Source of the DNA: Patellaria atrata CBS 101060
Lineage: Eukaryota
Assembly (NCBI GenBank): GCA_010093705.1
Contig: MU006092.1
Coordinates: 254,623 to 318,622, forward strand
DNA length: 64,000 bases
Direction of reading: 5' to 3'
Below, in pieces: positions 23,469 through 35,783 of this stretch. The notes under the pieces are model-generated. The model searched no databases and was not told where the DNA came from. It was given only the letters and a program-made list of their open reading frames with translations. The translations under genes were made by a program, and so were the position numbers. Numbering within the stretch: the stretch's first letter is position 1; each line of letters begins with the position of its first letter.

Positions 23469-26400
23469 TCGGTCATAGAAAGGGGACCGTCTCGTCCAGA
23501 TGCAACGTGAAAACCATAGTGAATTGTGGGACCATGCGGTCCACCGACCCCAATTATATATGAAAAACTGACGATAAGAGAGTGAGGTTCAACCGAGACT
23601 TCCATCTTGATCATGCGTGCAAGCAGTCTTGTGAGTCATTGTCAGCTGATTTGTAGGTCGCATGTTCTTAACTCCATCCCCTCACTATTTAAGTCGGCTT
23701 CTCTCCTTTTTCTACACACATAACAGTCTGCTAAGACCCCACCACGGATGTAAGACCTTGTGAAAATGAGTTTCTGTTTATGGACATGGCGCAACGCGAC
23801 AATTCTTATTCTCTTTAATTGGGAAGATAGAGATACGGACTACGCCCGTGGTATAATTGATGATAGAGTTTAGCGCAAAAGAGTAATGATCTTTGTCTCT
23901 CCAGTAGAGAGATAATGCAGACCTTCACCGCGTATTATTTAGTCACGCCGTCTAGGTGAGGACTCTGGTACTCCTTCGACAATAGACGAGAACGAAAGGG
24001 TTTTTCACCTTAAACCTGATAGAGGAAGCACCCGAATGCGAGGCACCCTACGTTCTAAAAGTCTAATTTGATGTATGCTTCCGCCTTCTAGAAATGCTAA
24101 CCTGAGGGTGAACTAGGGGGACTCTAGTTTAATTCGCGCAAGTACGGACTGTGCTGAACAAGTTTTTGTGCAGTTCTGTAGAGAGTGAAGGGGGTTTAAT
24201 AGTGCTCGATCGAACCTCTTACTGCAGCCGATATGGTCCGATGGGATCTCATAATCGATTATGGTTTGCTTAGATGCTCTTGCCGTTCTTTTGAGTGTCT
24301 CGTGCAGAGGTCTTGTAGTCCAGTTACATGCTGTTTCTTTGTCTTGGAGAATTTCTTCTTTAATTAACCTTAATCTGTTTCCTTGATACTTGTCGGAAAC
24401 AAACAGACACGCAGGAGATACTTTTTTTGGGGGGGAACCTCGTTGATTTTTCCAGTAAAGAACATCAATTTTGTTCTGGGCGACGGATCGCTAGAAATAC
24501 TATAAAGAAGGATTCAGGGACTGAGGTGGGATCGTCTTTCGGAGGCCTTGGGAAATGAAGGAAAACGTGGAGAGAACAGCAATTTCTAGGACGGTGGCGA
24601 TTGCCATCTTCACGGAGCAATAGCAGCTTTCATCGCTTGGGAGTTACCTCGAAAGTCGCTGAAATCTGTATCGTCCTCATTTACAGTCTCTATAACCTAG
24701 TCCAGCGCTCTAAACCCACAAGACAGCAGGAGAACAGTCGTCCAGATGTCGTATACACGGACCAGAGAACACAATATTAGAGGCTGTTTCAATTTCCCGT
24801 ATCCGAACGCTAAGACTCTTCTTCTAACGAAAGAAGAAGAGCCAAAGGGACTGATCCAGCTTAAATAGGTCAGTCTCCAGAAAGAAGTAGTCATATACGC
24901 AGGATTGAGTGGACATACGACATATGTGTACGCTCGTGCTTTTCCGAACGTTGAAGGTGCATATATGCACGGTCTCTACTTCCAGATCATCTGTAAGTAC
25001 ACGCACACCGACCTCTTATGCTCAAGATGAGCGACGACGCGGTATAGCCAGCTGAATCTATTGTCACGCTTGTTGAGTTCAGCACGATCATCTCGCTGAC
25101 TATAAAAGACGCCTTTCTTCTGATTTCGACCTCCAAATCAACACTTCGCGTGTAACGGGCGGATAGAAACGGAAAGAGCCCGATTGATGGCGTTCTCGAG
25201 AGGAAGTAATTTCCAACCTTCCACAACACAATTTCGCTCGAAAGTCGAACCGCATTCAAATGAATCAAACCTAGGACTTGCTACAGAAGAACCTGAAATT
25301 CTGTTTATTATCAGCGCTGCTAAATGATGAAGCTGATCAGCAAAACAAAGTCAAGAATCCAAGCACCAAAACTGCTCATACTAAATCATTCCAATTATAC
25401 GGTGGAGTTCTTGAAACTATCTAAACATTCCTAAAATGATTGGTACGCTGTGTGTAGTAGTAGTAGGTTCATATTTTTCTACCTACTTTACAAAATCGCA
25501 CCCAGATTGCAAAAAAAAGGAGGAAACATACTTATGACTCTTTTAGAGTACTTGGAGGATGGCCACAATAGTACATTCTAACTTCTCGTGCTCGCTTTGC
25601 ATGGTATGACGTACTTGCTGATCACAGCCCCTTTTCTGAATTTGATAGAGACTTATAAAAGATATCTTCTCTAACAGGTACTATCTTGCAATTCAAATTA
25701 CGAAAATCTAATATTTAGAGATGAGTTTCCACAAACCTTCATGATGGGTTCGCTGGGGAACATACTCGTAAAGATGGTGGTGCAATTGCGGGTGCGAATA
25801 TGGACGATGCGGTGGGAAAACCGGGTAGAGGTGAAGATATTGGGGGTCGCAAAACATGGCGGGAAGCAGATAAGAGGAGGAGACGTCCTGTGCTAGCGGG
25901 CACTTCCTTTGGGGTAAGATGATGTTGTTTACTGATAGCGGGTGATGACGAACTTCGATATTGAGACTTCTCTTTTTACTTCGTTCTCCTTTCCTCCATC
26001 CTTTAGTTCTTTAATTCTGACGTCCCCAGTTAAAGAACTCTCTGATCTATATTGGTTCTGCATCAAAGCCCCAAATTAGGGGCCTGAACCACACCAAGAT
26101 ACTCAGCGTCTTTCCGTCTTGATATGCAGTTTGAGCAAGAAGCAAAGGGTCAAGGTTATATACCCTTAGGGACTTGGAAATCAGGTCAGCTCCTTTCTCA
26201 CCCTTCCAGATGAGAGTAGCACATGCTAACTCCTTGTGCTCTGTTGTATGAGATGACGTTACTCCTTAGTGTTTAGCACCTCTCTTCTGAGAGCTCTTCA
26301 CTGAATTCGGGTCTATATGAAAACATTTACGCTTTCGTCGTATCTACGTCTATTCTACGAGATAGGATAGTGGATGACCTTGAGAATCCAGACCTCTGCT

Positions 26401-28261
26401 GGCACTGAGCTTCTAGGAGACTTCTGTTAAGGGAGAAGTGCGAGCATAATATATCGTACAGTAGTTACCATCTGCTAGACACGGTAATGCAGTTCGGCAG
26501 AAGTGAGTACAAGTGAGTTTCAGCATTAAGATCAGTTTATGTATCATTCAATTTGCATCACTATTTTCTCTAGTCACCCACGGCCACAGTATGTGACAGA
26601 ATGCCCATGAATTAAACGAAAGTTTCCAGGCCAAATACATGAGTCCTAATTTGGTCCAGAATACCGGATTTGTGCGTCAGCTTCCTATTGTTGAGGAAAT
26701 TTGTTCGTCCATGTCAAACTACGTTTGACCTAGCAAGGAGGTCAAGGTTTGATAACCCTAAAAGTCAGTCAACCTCCCTTACTCACCGAATGATTGTGGC
26801 AAGAGCTAGATACTCGTGTCTAGTGCGTCTGACTTGCGCATGCATTGCCGTATGACTGTTCTTGACTAACATCGTAGTGTCAATAGAGAATCCGATCTCT
26901 AATCCGCAATTCCTCATTCCTGCATCCACCCCCTGACTAGAGTGTCGGCGTCAGTCTTATAACCATGCTCCCTCCTATTGAGTCTAGTCTTTGCGTAATC
27001 CTAACTTAGAACCCAGTAACTCAATTGTCACTGGGTTATTTTCTGAATGAAGCAATTGATTTTTATTGTCCGGTTTGTGGCTGTCGTCAGTTGAAACCGC
27101 ATTCTACAATCTTGTACTACCCTCCGGGGGTTGGGGGGCCGCCATACCAGCACATTATGAAGGAGGTTCAATATTAGTCTGTCGGATTATATAGTAAGTA
27201 GCCAGTTTGCTAGTTCTGGTTACTGATGATTCTGATCACCATCAAAAACGGTAGATATCCCCTTTTCAGGGGTAAAAACTGAAAATCAGCATCATTAGTT
27301 CTACGTCATTAAATTGAGTCCCAGCTAATGTCTTGTTATCCTAGTGGGATTCACAGCAAAGAAGGAGAAAATGGGTCCATAAACCGCCGTACACTAATCT
27401 ATCAGGAGGGTTGTGACCATTTCCGTACATGGAACAAAAACATAGTTTACCGTTTAGGCTGGGTCTCAGCCTTTGAAAGATTGAGTTTTTATATCTCTAA
27501 GAGATCAGAAAGCCCAAAGAGCAGATTGACGTATGGCGAATCATCCTATCTCCCGTCTCCTGGCCGAGAGCCAAGCCGTTCCGTCAGGCTTTAACTCCAT
27601 GCGATATATACTGGTCCTTCCACCTTGGTTTACAACTCAGGAATCCAGTCAGCCTCCGCAGCGATTAACCGGTACGATTCCTCCCCCCATTTTCTGGGCT
27701 GCGCTAAGCACCTAGCAATAACGAACATTGTGCTCCCCTCTGGTTCGATCTTGAAGCGCTTTTGAGGGTCGTCGGCGGCCAATATCGAAGACTGAATATA
27801 AAGACTTCGAGGACGTAGGGTCGGTTGTACATGGTCCGATTCATCATCATAATGAACTGATATCCCCCTTCAGGGGTAAGTGGTGAGGTTATGCACTATT
27901 TCATCACCAAAGATCCAGACCTAGCCCAATTCGTCCCTTATTCTTTCCGAGTACTTGCAGTTAATAGAAAGGTGCCGCACAATAAACGCAACCCGAAGAA
28001 CCACCAATGGGTTATTCAAACCCCATTCATTTTTAGGGTGTGAGAAATCTCACTGAAGTTTAGAAAAGGTTCAAGTTGCAACTTAAGGGGCAAGGAAGCC
28101 GTCAGGCTACGTGATCGGGGTCTTGCCTCATGACTTCTATACCCCTTCTGTTTTAGTGCTATATTGCTAGACTCTATAGAGATTTTGTTTCGACCGTTCA
28201 AAAACCCTCTAAATTAGTTCTACAAGTCATCACACATTTCATTGTCCGGGTTAAGCCTATG

Positions 28262-28535
28262 TGTCAAGGCTCAACCTCAGATGGAAGCTGAAAGGTATAT
28301 TGCTACATGTACATGAAGCTTAAACTTGAGGAAAGAAAGTAAGAGAGAGTGTCAGAACAGCGTGAGCTGTTCTATTAAACATGACTAAACTACTGGATCA
28401 TCCATGAAGCTTAAACTTAAGGAAAGAAAGTAAAAGAAATTGCCAGAACAGCGTGAGCTGTTCTATTAAAGTAAAGCATGGCTAAGCCGCTGAATCATCC
28501 AAGGCACTTATACTTATTGGGTCTAGCCCGTGACA
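28262..28535. mobile_element. Solo LTR, family A, with an internal ~90-bp tandem duplication
   Basis: TGTCA...TGACA termini flanked by TATG/TATG. Closely similar to 35351-35523. The block catgaagcttaaactt...ctgttctattaaa...atcatc occurs twice. Confidence 0.85.
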
Positions 28536-28699
28536 TATGGGGTACGAGATCTCTGATTGCTCTGGCCCTGGGTCCACGAAAATTGCGTAACCCATTCTAG
28601 GAGAAGCATTTGCAGTCTTTCTCGAAGAGGCCTATGGGGATTTGATAGTTCAAGCTTGGTTGATGATAGTAACGGTGATCATCATCAAGAACAATTGAT

Positions 28700-30957
28700 G
28701 CGTACTTCTATCTGAGTGACAGGAAAATGCAACTGGCTTTCAATGGAGAAAGGCAGGAAAAGTGCAACGTAGAGGTGGGAATACCACAAGGATCACCAAT
28801 CTCACCTATACTATTCCTAATCTACATTAAATTTATAAAGACAATAAATGGATCCAGAAACTGAGCGACGTTGATGATTTTTCGGTAACAGCAATTTCAA
28901 CTTCTGTCAAGAAGAACCGCAAACTGGTACAAACTCTAACACAAGACCTAATCTCTAAAGCTAAAGAACACTGTATTGATTTTGATATTACAAAAACAGA
29001 GATGATCCACTTTCACAACAAGAGAGTACCTATCATGAACACAATCCACCTATTTGACCAGGAAATACAACCAAAGCTAATGGTCAGATGGCTAGGACTG
29101 TTTATAGACTCAAAACTCACCTTTAAACAACATGTAGGAAAAAAGGTCAAGAGTGCTGAAAATGCACTATACTTGATTAAAAAACTAGGAAACACACAGA
29201 GAGACCTATCAATGCATGCAATGCGCCAGCTTTATGTATCATGTGTCAACTCTATTGCAGACTATGGAGTACCAGTTTGGTGGAACAGTGAGGACAGAAA
29301 TGGTCAACAAGTATGAAAATACCAACAGCTGCAAAATAAAGCGACACGTCTCATTCTAGGGGCATTTAAGACATCTCCAAGCATGGCCATGGAGATTGAA
29401 GCAGGCCTACCTCCTCCAGCTGTCAGATTTGAGAAACTCTGTGACTCCTACGCACTCATAATTCCGAAGTTCCAGAAAAATCATCTGGTCAAGAAAACGA
29501 TTAGACAAGACTGCGATAGAGATATTCCAGGGCCATGCCTAGGGTATGAGTCAGAGATGGAGAGCTTAGCAATAAAGTATTTTGCCAGCCCCAAAAGTCA
29601 ACTGATGAAGCTCATAGCTAGGAACCAAACATTTATCAGAAATTGGAAGATTGAGAGATCGATAGCACAATGCACACCACCCTGGAAGGACACAATGTAG
29701 GCAAACATCTATATCTCTAAAAAGGACAAAGAGAAGGCTGCTAAAGAGCACAATCAGCTACTTAAGTGTCTAGCACCAGAATTGAAGGACGGAAAGAATA
29801 GTGTGTATTACACAGATGGGTCAAAAGATAACAACAAAAATGCAGCAGGAGCGTGTAAAATAGGTAAAGACAACTTAATTCTATTTGCCAGCAACTGGAA
29901 CCTGGGAGATAGCATGGAAATCATGGATGCAGAGCTCTTTGCAGTGCTTAATGCAATGGAAAGGGAAAGAAAAGAACAAGAAAAGGGTCAATCAACTTCC
30001 CAAACAGTTTGGATCTTTATTGATAGCCAAGCAGCAATTAAAAGACTACAGAAGAACTGCCTTGAAGGATGACAAGAATCGGTCACACTGATAGGCAATC
30101 AGTATAACATCTTGACAGCAGAATGGGGCATGAATGTCAATTTCAGCTGGGTCCCAAGCCATAAAGGCATCTTTGGCAATGAGCTGGCAGACAAACTGAC
30201 CAAACTTGGACTAGAAAGGAATCTGTCCAAGCATCATTCACCTCACTTAGCCACCTGAAACGTATGAGTAGAGAAAAGATCATAACAGATTGGAAAAAAC
30301 AGTGGGAAACAAAACCTAGAAGACAAGGGAAGCATTACACCCAAGTGTGTAGAGCAGCAAACTCATTTTCAACCAAATCATCAATCCCAAAATATCCAAA
30401 GAGGACTCAAGCAGCATTCTTTCAGCTGAAGAGTGGAGCAGGCTTCTTCAAGTCATACCTTAAGAGAATTGGAATGTGAGCGGCCTCTAGTAATTGTGTT
30501 CCAACTATCTAGTCCAGATGCTATCTACAATCAAGATAAAGGAGAAAAGAAGAGTCTGAGGGCAGATTTGAGGAAAATATTACTGGCTGATCTTCGGATG
30601 CAGGGCGCGCCCATACCACTAGGCTCTAGCCTGTCACAGCGGCTACATAAAGAGAAATCAATGAAGAAGAAGAAGAAACAAATTAAAAATAATAGCACAC
30701 AGGGGAAAAACTAGATCGCTATATAATGCAGGAAATTGAAGAGCAAAGGATATAGTGGACTTGGTTCAGTTTTTCTAATGCTTGGATTAAACTGCAAAGT
30801 TTGAACAACTGGGGAGCTTCAATCCCTAGACACTCTCCCTAGACAAATTATTGCCCTAGAATAGGGATTTATGTAGATAGAAGAGTAGCGCCATAGCCCA
30901 AAAGGCTGCATACGCAGTATTGTAGATAATGCAATACAATGGATTAAAAAAAAAAAA
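28700..30957 (+). mobile_element. 5'-truncated, decayed non-LTR retrotransposon (LINE, Tad1-like): reverse transcriptase plus RNase H
   Basis: RT motifs GIPQGSPISPILFLIYI, a degenerate DVDD, VRWLGLFIDSKLTF and DYGVPVW. RNase H motifs YTDGSK, DAELFAV, FIDSQAAI and WVPSHKGIFGNELAD. Multiple stops and frameshifts. A-tail at ~30946-30957. Confidence 0.95.
30475..30638. mobile_element. Solo LTR-like element, family B, nested in the LINE
   Basis: TGTGA...TCACA termini. Near-identical to 35661-35783. Interrupts the LINE ORF after ...KRIG. No target-site duplication seen. Confidence 0.8.
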
Positions 30958-31962
30958 GTCTATACCAAAGTAATAGAATCACAACAAAACATTGTCCCTC
31001 CGAGGACTTTTGCCAGTAATCGTCTCGAGTATTTGGTATCATTTTTCTTCCCCATTATGTCACTTAGATGCGCTCACACGAGAAATTATTCTGGGGAAGG
31101 ACCACGGTAGCCTTTCACTCTGTTCGAAGATCACCTTATTAGACATTACGAGAATAAGGGCTATCGGGTTAGGGACCTCGTGTCCGACATGGAAAACTGT
31201 TCATGAAAAGTTTTCTGGTTGCGATACCACAGGATCAGCAGAGCACTTGAGTTATTTCAAAAGAAAGAGATTGCATCTACAGCGCAACTTCACTGCAATT
31301 GGTACTAGTATTTGCGAATTGGATCATACAGTACAACTCTATTGCCCCAGGTCACGCATATTCAAATGCGCAGAAATATATCAGAAAGTGAAATTATCAA
31401 CATTTCCGAGAAATTGTCATATTACACGCTGAATAAAGCCCATTCTCAGATGACGCTTATGATTGATGGATCCACTCGCTAAGAAGGGATGCGAGACTTG
31501 TAATTGCGGATTCTCCAACAATATGCAAACAAGTCGTTGCATCTACGGATGCTGATGCAACTAGGGATCTTCCGGGCCGTTCATTACGAAAAATTAAGGA
31601 CCCAATTGTGCCGTTTTTGGATTAACCACTATTCCTTCCCCGAACAGCCAGGTGGAAATTACACATACGTCTACCACATTACCCAGCCTGAATCCATATA
31701 TACAATAATTTATATTGGTGTCCTACGGAGCTTTTCGTTATGTACCTATCGTGGAGTCATCAGTCAGCTCGCATTGGAAAGGGGGTGTGACCGGTTCGAC
31801 GTACATAGGGAGTCCAACATTGCGTATCTTAAAGTGGACTTTCTCTCAAACAAACAGCTTCTACTCGCTTCGCAGACGATTGGAAGGGGAATCGTGCGAT
31901 ATGTCACAGTTCGACTATCTCTCTGGGCCGATTTCTTCGGACAGCAATCAACGGGGGACCGA

Positions 31963-32250
31963 TTACGGTTGATCCGAAGGATGGTCTGTCTCATTCCAGA
32001 TTTGACTAAAAAGGGATATTAGGGATGAGGTCGGGGTTCCAATTTGAAGTGTTAATGTTGACATCCATAGCTTGTTGCTTCTGGTGAAGAGATTGGTGAT
32101 GATACCGAGCATCATCATCATGAAGACTTGGAGAGCAGCAATATGACTTCGGTTGCGAAGGCACCGAAGCGTCCTCTTCTCCGACTGCAACCAACAACGA
32201 TAACACGTTCTCCTGCGAGGTTTCTCCAACGGCCCGATCCTATAAACCAT
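31963..32250 (-). CDS. Possible intact member of the array unit family: 95-aa protein with a Met-rich hydrophobic segment
   Basis: ATG-started ORF downstream of a TTTAAATAG element. Contains LQVFMMMMLGIITNLF. Its C-terminus LFSQIWNETDHPSDQP* resembles LLHELWKMDYDFPPDQH* (33969-34109, +). Confidence 0.35.
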   Translation of the reverse strand: MVYRIGPLEKPRRRTCYRCWLQSEKRTLRCLRNRSHIAALQVFMMMMLGIITNLFTRSNKLWMSTLTLQIGTPTSSLISLFSQIWNETDHPSDQP

Positions 32251-35200
32251 ATTTCGTGAGGAACTGAAATTCGTGGTCTTTCCTAAGTTTCTGAATTTGA
32301 TTTTAACGTTGTCTAGACAGTCTATGCTATTTAAAAGAGAAGAAGTTGATGTTTTAGCAGCTTATATACCAATGCAGATACGAAAAGAGTGGTTCCAATG
32401 ATCCACCTTGGTCAGGGGTTCAGGATCACACTCCAATTTTCAATGTGACGGACGTATTCAACCACGAGCCCCTGAGATGCGGATATATAAATATTCCCTA
32501 CCCCTTTCTACTCTGACCGTTATGCCGACAGTCTTTTTCCTCCACAGACAGGATCTTGACGAACAAAATGTCGATACTGCGTCTTTCCTCGATGTGGAAA
32601 CTCTGTAACGCTGGTCCAATGGGCTCTGGGGGTTGGGGATAAGTTGGATCTCTATGGAGGCTGGGGCACTTGGTGAGTGATCATATGCAGAGATGATACT
32701 CAGTATCATTCATTAGTGACGAGCGTGACCAGTTATTATACTAATTAGACCGTACCATCCTTACCGACCCGGAGATTCTTGCAACAGAGTTGTAGTAGAG
32801 TATAGCAATCTTTTCCCCTATCAGCAGACACCAATTGCGGTTGGCGTCATAACTGGATCTCAGCGTGGATGACGAATCCTTCACTGTCATTTCTCTTTAA
32901 AACTATCCTGACGTTTGTAGCTGGATTTTCTTTAGACCATTTCAGATAGTAAGGGGCTATTTATGGGGTAGACAGAGGAGATCATTCTAGTCGTAGGATC
33001 ATCTTAGATGAACTTAGTGGCACAAGCTCAAGGTACGTTCTTTTCTTCTTTATATCTCAAGTCTGCGTCTGGAGTTCTTTTTCTTCTCCCCTTACACTGA
33101 CTCCTCGAACGGAAGAGGGTGGGATCCTACCAAGCGTTTCAATTGGGTGCTCCGGTTGCGTACGGAAGCGTTTTCATCATCTGAGAACACGAATTGGACT
33201 GGGTTGGACTGCTCTCTAGGGAGCGAGTGTAATGTTTTTTTTTTTTGAAAAGATCCTAGTGAAACGGCCGGATTAATTCAATTAAAGAGGATTTTGATGA
33301 CGGACTCCGTTCTCGTGAGATTTCAGTTATCATCATGGTGTTCTAAAGACATGATGCGCCCCTTCTCTAAGAAGTCCCTATACATCACCACAAGTCGGGG
33401 TCTAAGAACTTCTAGAATACTACTTGTACAAGGGAGTAGGACCGAAATGCTGTGTAGGCTCTGTCTCACCGCCAGGACTCTCCGAATTGCAGAGATTCTT
33501 GATTATGTCTAGGAAAGAGTTGGATCGTCTTTGTCCTTCGCACTTTTGTTTTTTGATTCAGTCAATCGTGGGACTGAGAGCTTAATGCTTTATAGTCTAT
33601 AGACACCGGGGATATTCAGAGCGGCCCATGGCTAGACATGTACAAGTACAGAGTCATTCTGAGTCAAGGTCATTAGGTCAAGCACATGTACATATCATCC
33701 GTCTATCTGGCAGCTTTCTCGCCCCTTAAATACTGAACTTCGTTGTTTTTCTAAACTTTAGGATCGATTCTCGAGAACTCCGATAATCCTTGAAAACGAT
33801 TCTGGCTCTTCTTCCTGATACACTTGATGGAGTCATTGTTGCACTAGAACGCCGATTCTACTTGTATTTGGGGAGCTATTGGAGAAGAAGAAGGTAGAAC
33901 CTGTTGCGTTAGGTGGAAAGTATGGTGATACGGTGATCAACTGCTTCGTATCTTACCCCTGAAAGGGGTATCAGTTACTCTTACTGATGATGACGATGAT
34001 GTTCACCAGCATCGTTATCCGCACCAGTCCGCTTAATTCATATTATGGGCACCCACTTCTGCATGAGCTCTGGAAGATGGATTATGACTTCCCTCCAGAC
34101 CAACACTAGAAATGGCCTTTGCGTTAGAGTCAACCGGCAAAGAGCGCAATACTCTCATATCATCTGCTATAACACTCAGTCGTGCAATCTATGACTGATG
34201 GAATGACTGAATTACAAGTTTTGGGTGACGAGAGACCTGAATATAAATAGGGTGCACAGAAGGCATATTGCCAAAGCCATCCAGATGATCTAGATTCTCT
34301 AGTCATCCGAAAGACGCACGAGGGTTGAGCATACGCCTAAACCGTGAAGAGGATTGCACTGAAGTCCCTGCAGCGAGATATATATTCTGATTCTCTCGAA
34401 CACCGAGCTCAACTTAAATGCCAGAACTTCTCATTTCGATGTAGAAATATCCCCACCACGTTTTATTACTATACATCATCCAGTACTTTGAGCGTCAAAT
34501 CCATTGTCCCTTTTCGAGAGGACTTTTCTAGCGAGAGAAAGAGATTGGTAGCGTAACATGACAATATCGGACGAATGAAATGATGTAACACTTCATTATT
34601 TACCCCTGAATGCGGGGGTCACAAGTATATAATAATGATTGGCGCTATTATTGGCCACTCACCTCATTATTCTCGTAGACATTGATAAACCGCGCTTAAT
34701 AGCGAACACAAATTCTCCTTCTAGAATACATTTTGGCACTCCATTGAACGAGGGAGAATGAAACCCGCTGTTCTCTTCCCTCATATCGAAGATCTATGGA
34801 AGTTCTAAGTTGAAAGTTAAGACTGTGCAAGTACAGGTATAAATAGGAGGCAGTCGCAGCAACAGTGCTCAACTGAAAAATACAATCAGCAGACGAATGA
34901 ACGAGATTCCACTTACCAGATTTCTGCAAGACCTAGCATCTGACCTCCTACAGTTAAGTATGTAAGCTGCGCCTTCGAAAGACGAACTCGGCTTAAAACC
35001 AATAACTCTAAGCAACTGACCTCTACTTGAAGTGTTCAGAAGAATTGCTGTCCGGTAGACTCAACCACACAGTAACGTCACCAATTCGTTTTACCTTTTC
35101 ACCAATATGTGGAAGACGGCTTTGTTCCCTCCAAAGGACTTATTGAGGATGGAAAGAGATATGTTACCCAATATCCCGCTATGAATTGGTGAAGGACTCC

Positions 35201-35350
35201 ATCACTTACCTCTAAAGGGGACTATGAGCTGCTTTGATGACTATGTGTACCATTATCGAGCTATCAAACGGCGAAATTTTGGTATATATGCTCTTTGGAA
35301 GGGATTTAGACGCTCCTCTGAGAATAATGAACATGTCCTGGTCAGAATAG

Positions 35351-35523
35351 TGTCATGGCTCGACCTCAGATGAAAGCTGAAAGGTATATTGCTATATGTA
35401 CATGACGCTTAAACTTAAGGAAAGAAAGTGTTGAGACAGCATATGCTGTTCTACTAAAGTACAGTATGACTAAGCCGCTGGATCATCTAAGGCACTTATA
35501 CCTATCGGGTCTAACCCGTGACA
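35351..35523. mobile_element. Solo LTR, family A
   Basis: TGTCA...TGACA termini with a perfect 5-bp target-site duplication AATAG (35346-35350 and 35524-35528). Homologous to 28262-28535. Confidence 0.9.
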
Positions 35524-35660
35524 AATAGAGGGGGTGGTCACCGAATAATTTATCAATCCGAAGATTAATTCATTCATTGACCTGGAAGTCAAAAGTGTAC
35601 AATAAGAGCTCTAAAAAGAAGAGAGTTAAAGTGATTAGAACAGTGCGTAGATCCTCTGTT

Positions 35661-35783
35661 TGTGAGCGGCCTCTAGTAATTGTGTTCCAACTATCTAGTC
35701 CAGATGCTAGGTTTGAGGGGAAATATTACTGGCTAATCTTCGGATGTAGGGCATCCCATACCACTAGGCTCTAGCCTGTTACA
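35661..35783. mobile_element. Solo LTR-like element, family B, internally deleted copy
   Basis: TGTGAG...GTTACA termini. Matches 30475-30638 except for a ~40-bp internal deletion. Abuts the second LINE fragment. Confidence 0.8.

Larger units (their letters stand above)
27130..35350. repeat. Highly diverged tandem array of ~600-bp units; minus-oriented left of ~33.3 kb, plus-oriented right of it
   Basis: Motif TTACCCCTGAA(A)GGGG(A)TATC occurs at 27255-27275(-), 27857-27880(-) and 33952-33974(+), with variants at 34600-34620(+) and 35205-35226(+). Spacings are ~605, ~646 and ~606 bp. A CTTAAA/CTTAAG element recurs ~190-230 bp upstream and an ATGATG tract downstream. Confidence 0.7.

Noticed and set aside
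31504..32022. 172-aa plus-strand ORF in the island
   Set aside because: TTG start, no recognisable motifs, and it overlaps the minus-oriented array units. Not supported as a gene, though not excluded.
27255..35226. Periodic hairpin repeats as a CRISPR array, or nearby CTGATGA/GAAA words as hammerhead ribozymes or C/D snoRNAs
   Set aside because: Eukaryotic context, ~600-bp spacing, degenerate repeats and no cas genes. I could not build the required stems or box spacing by eye.
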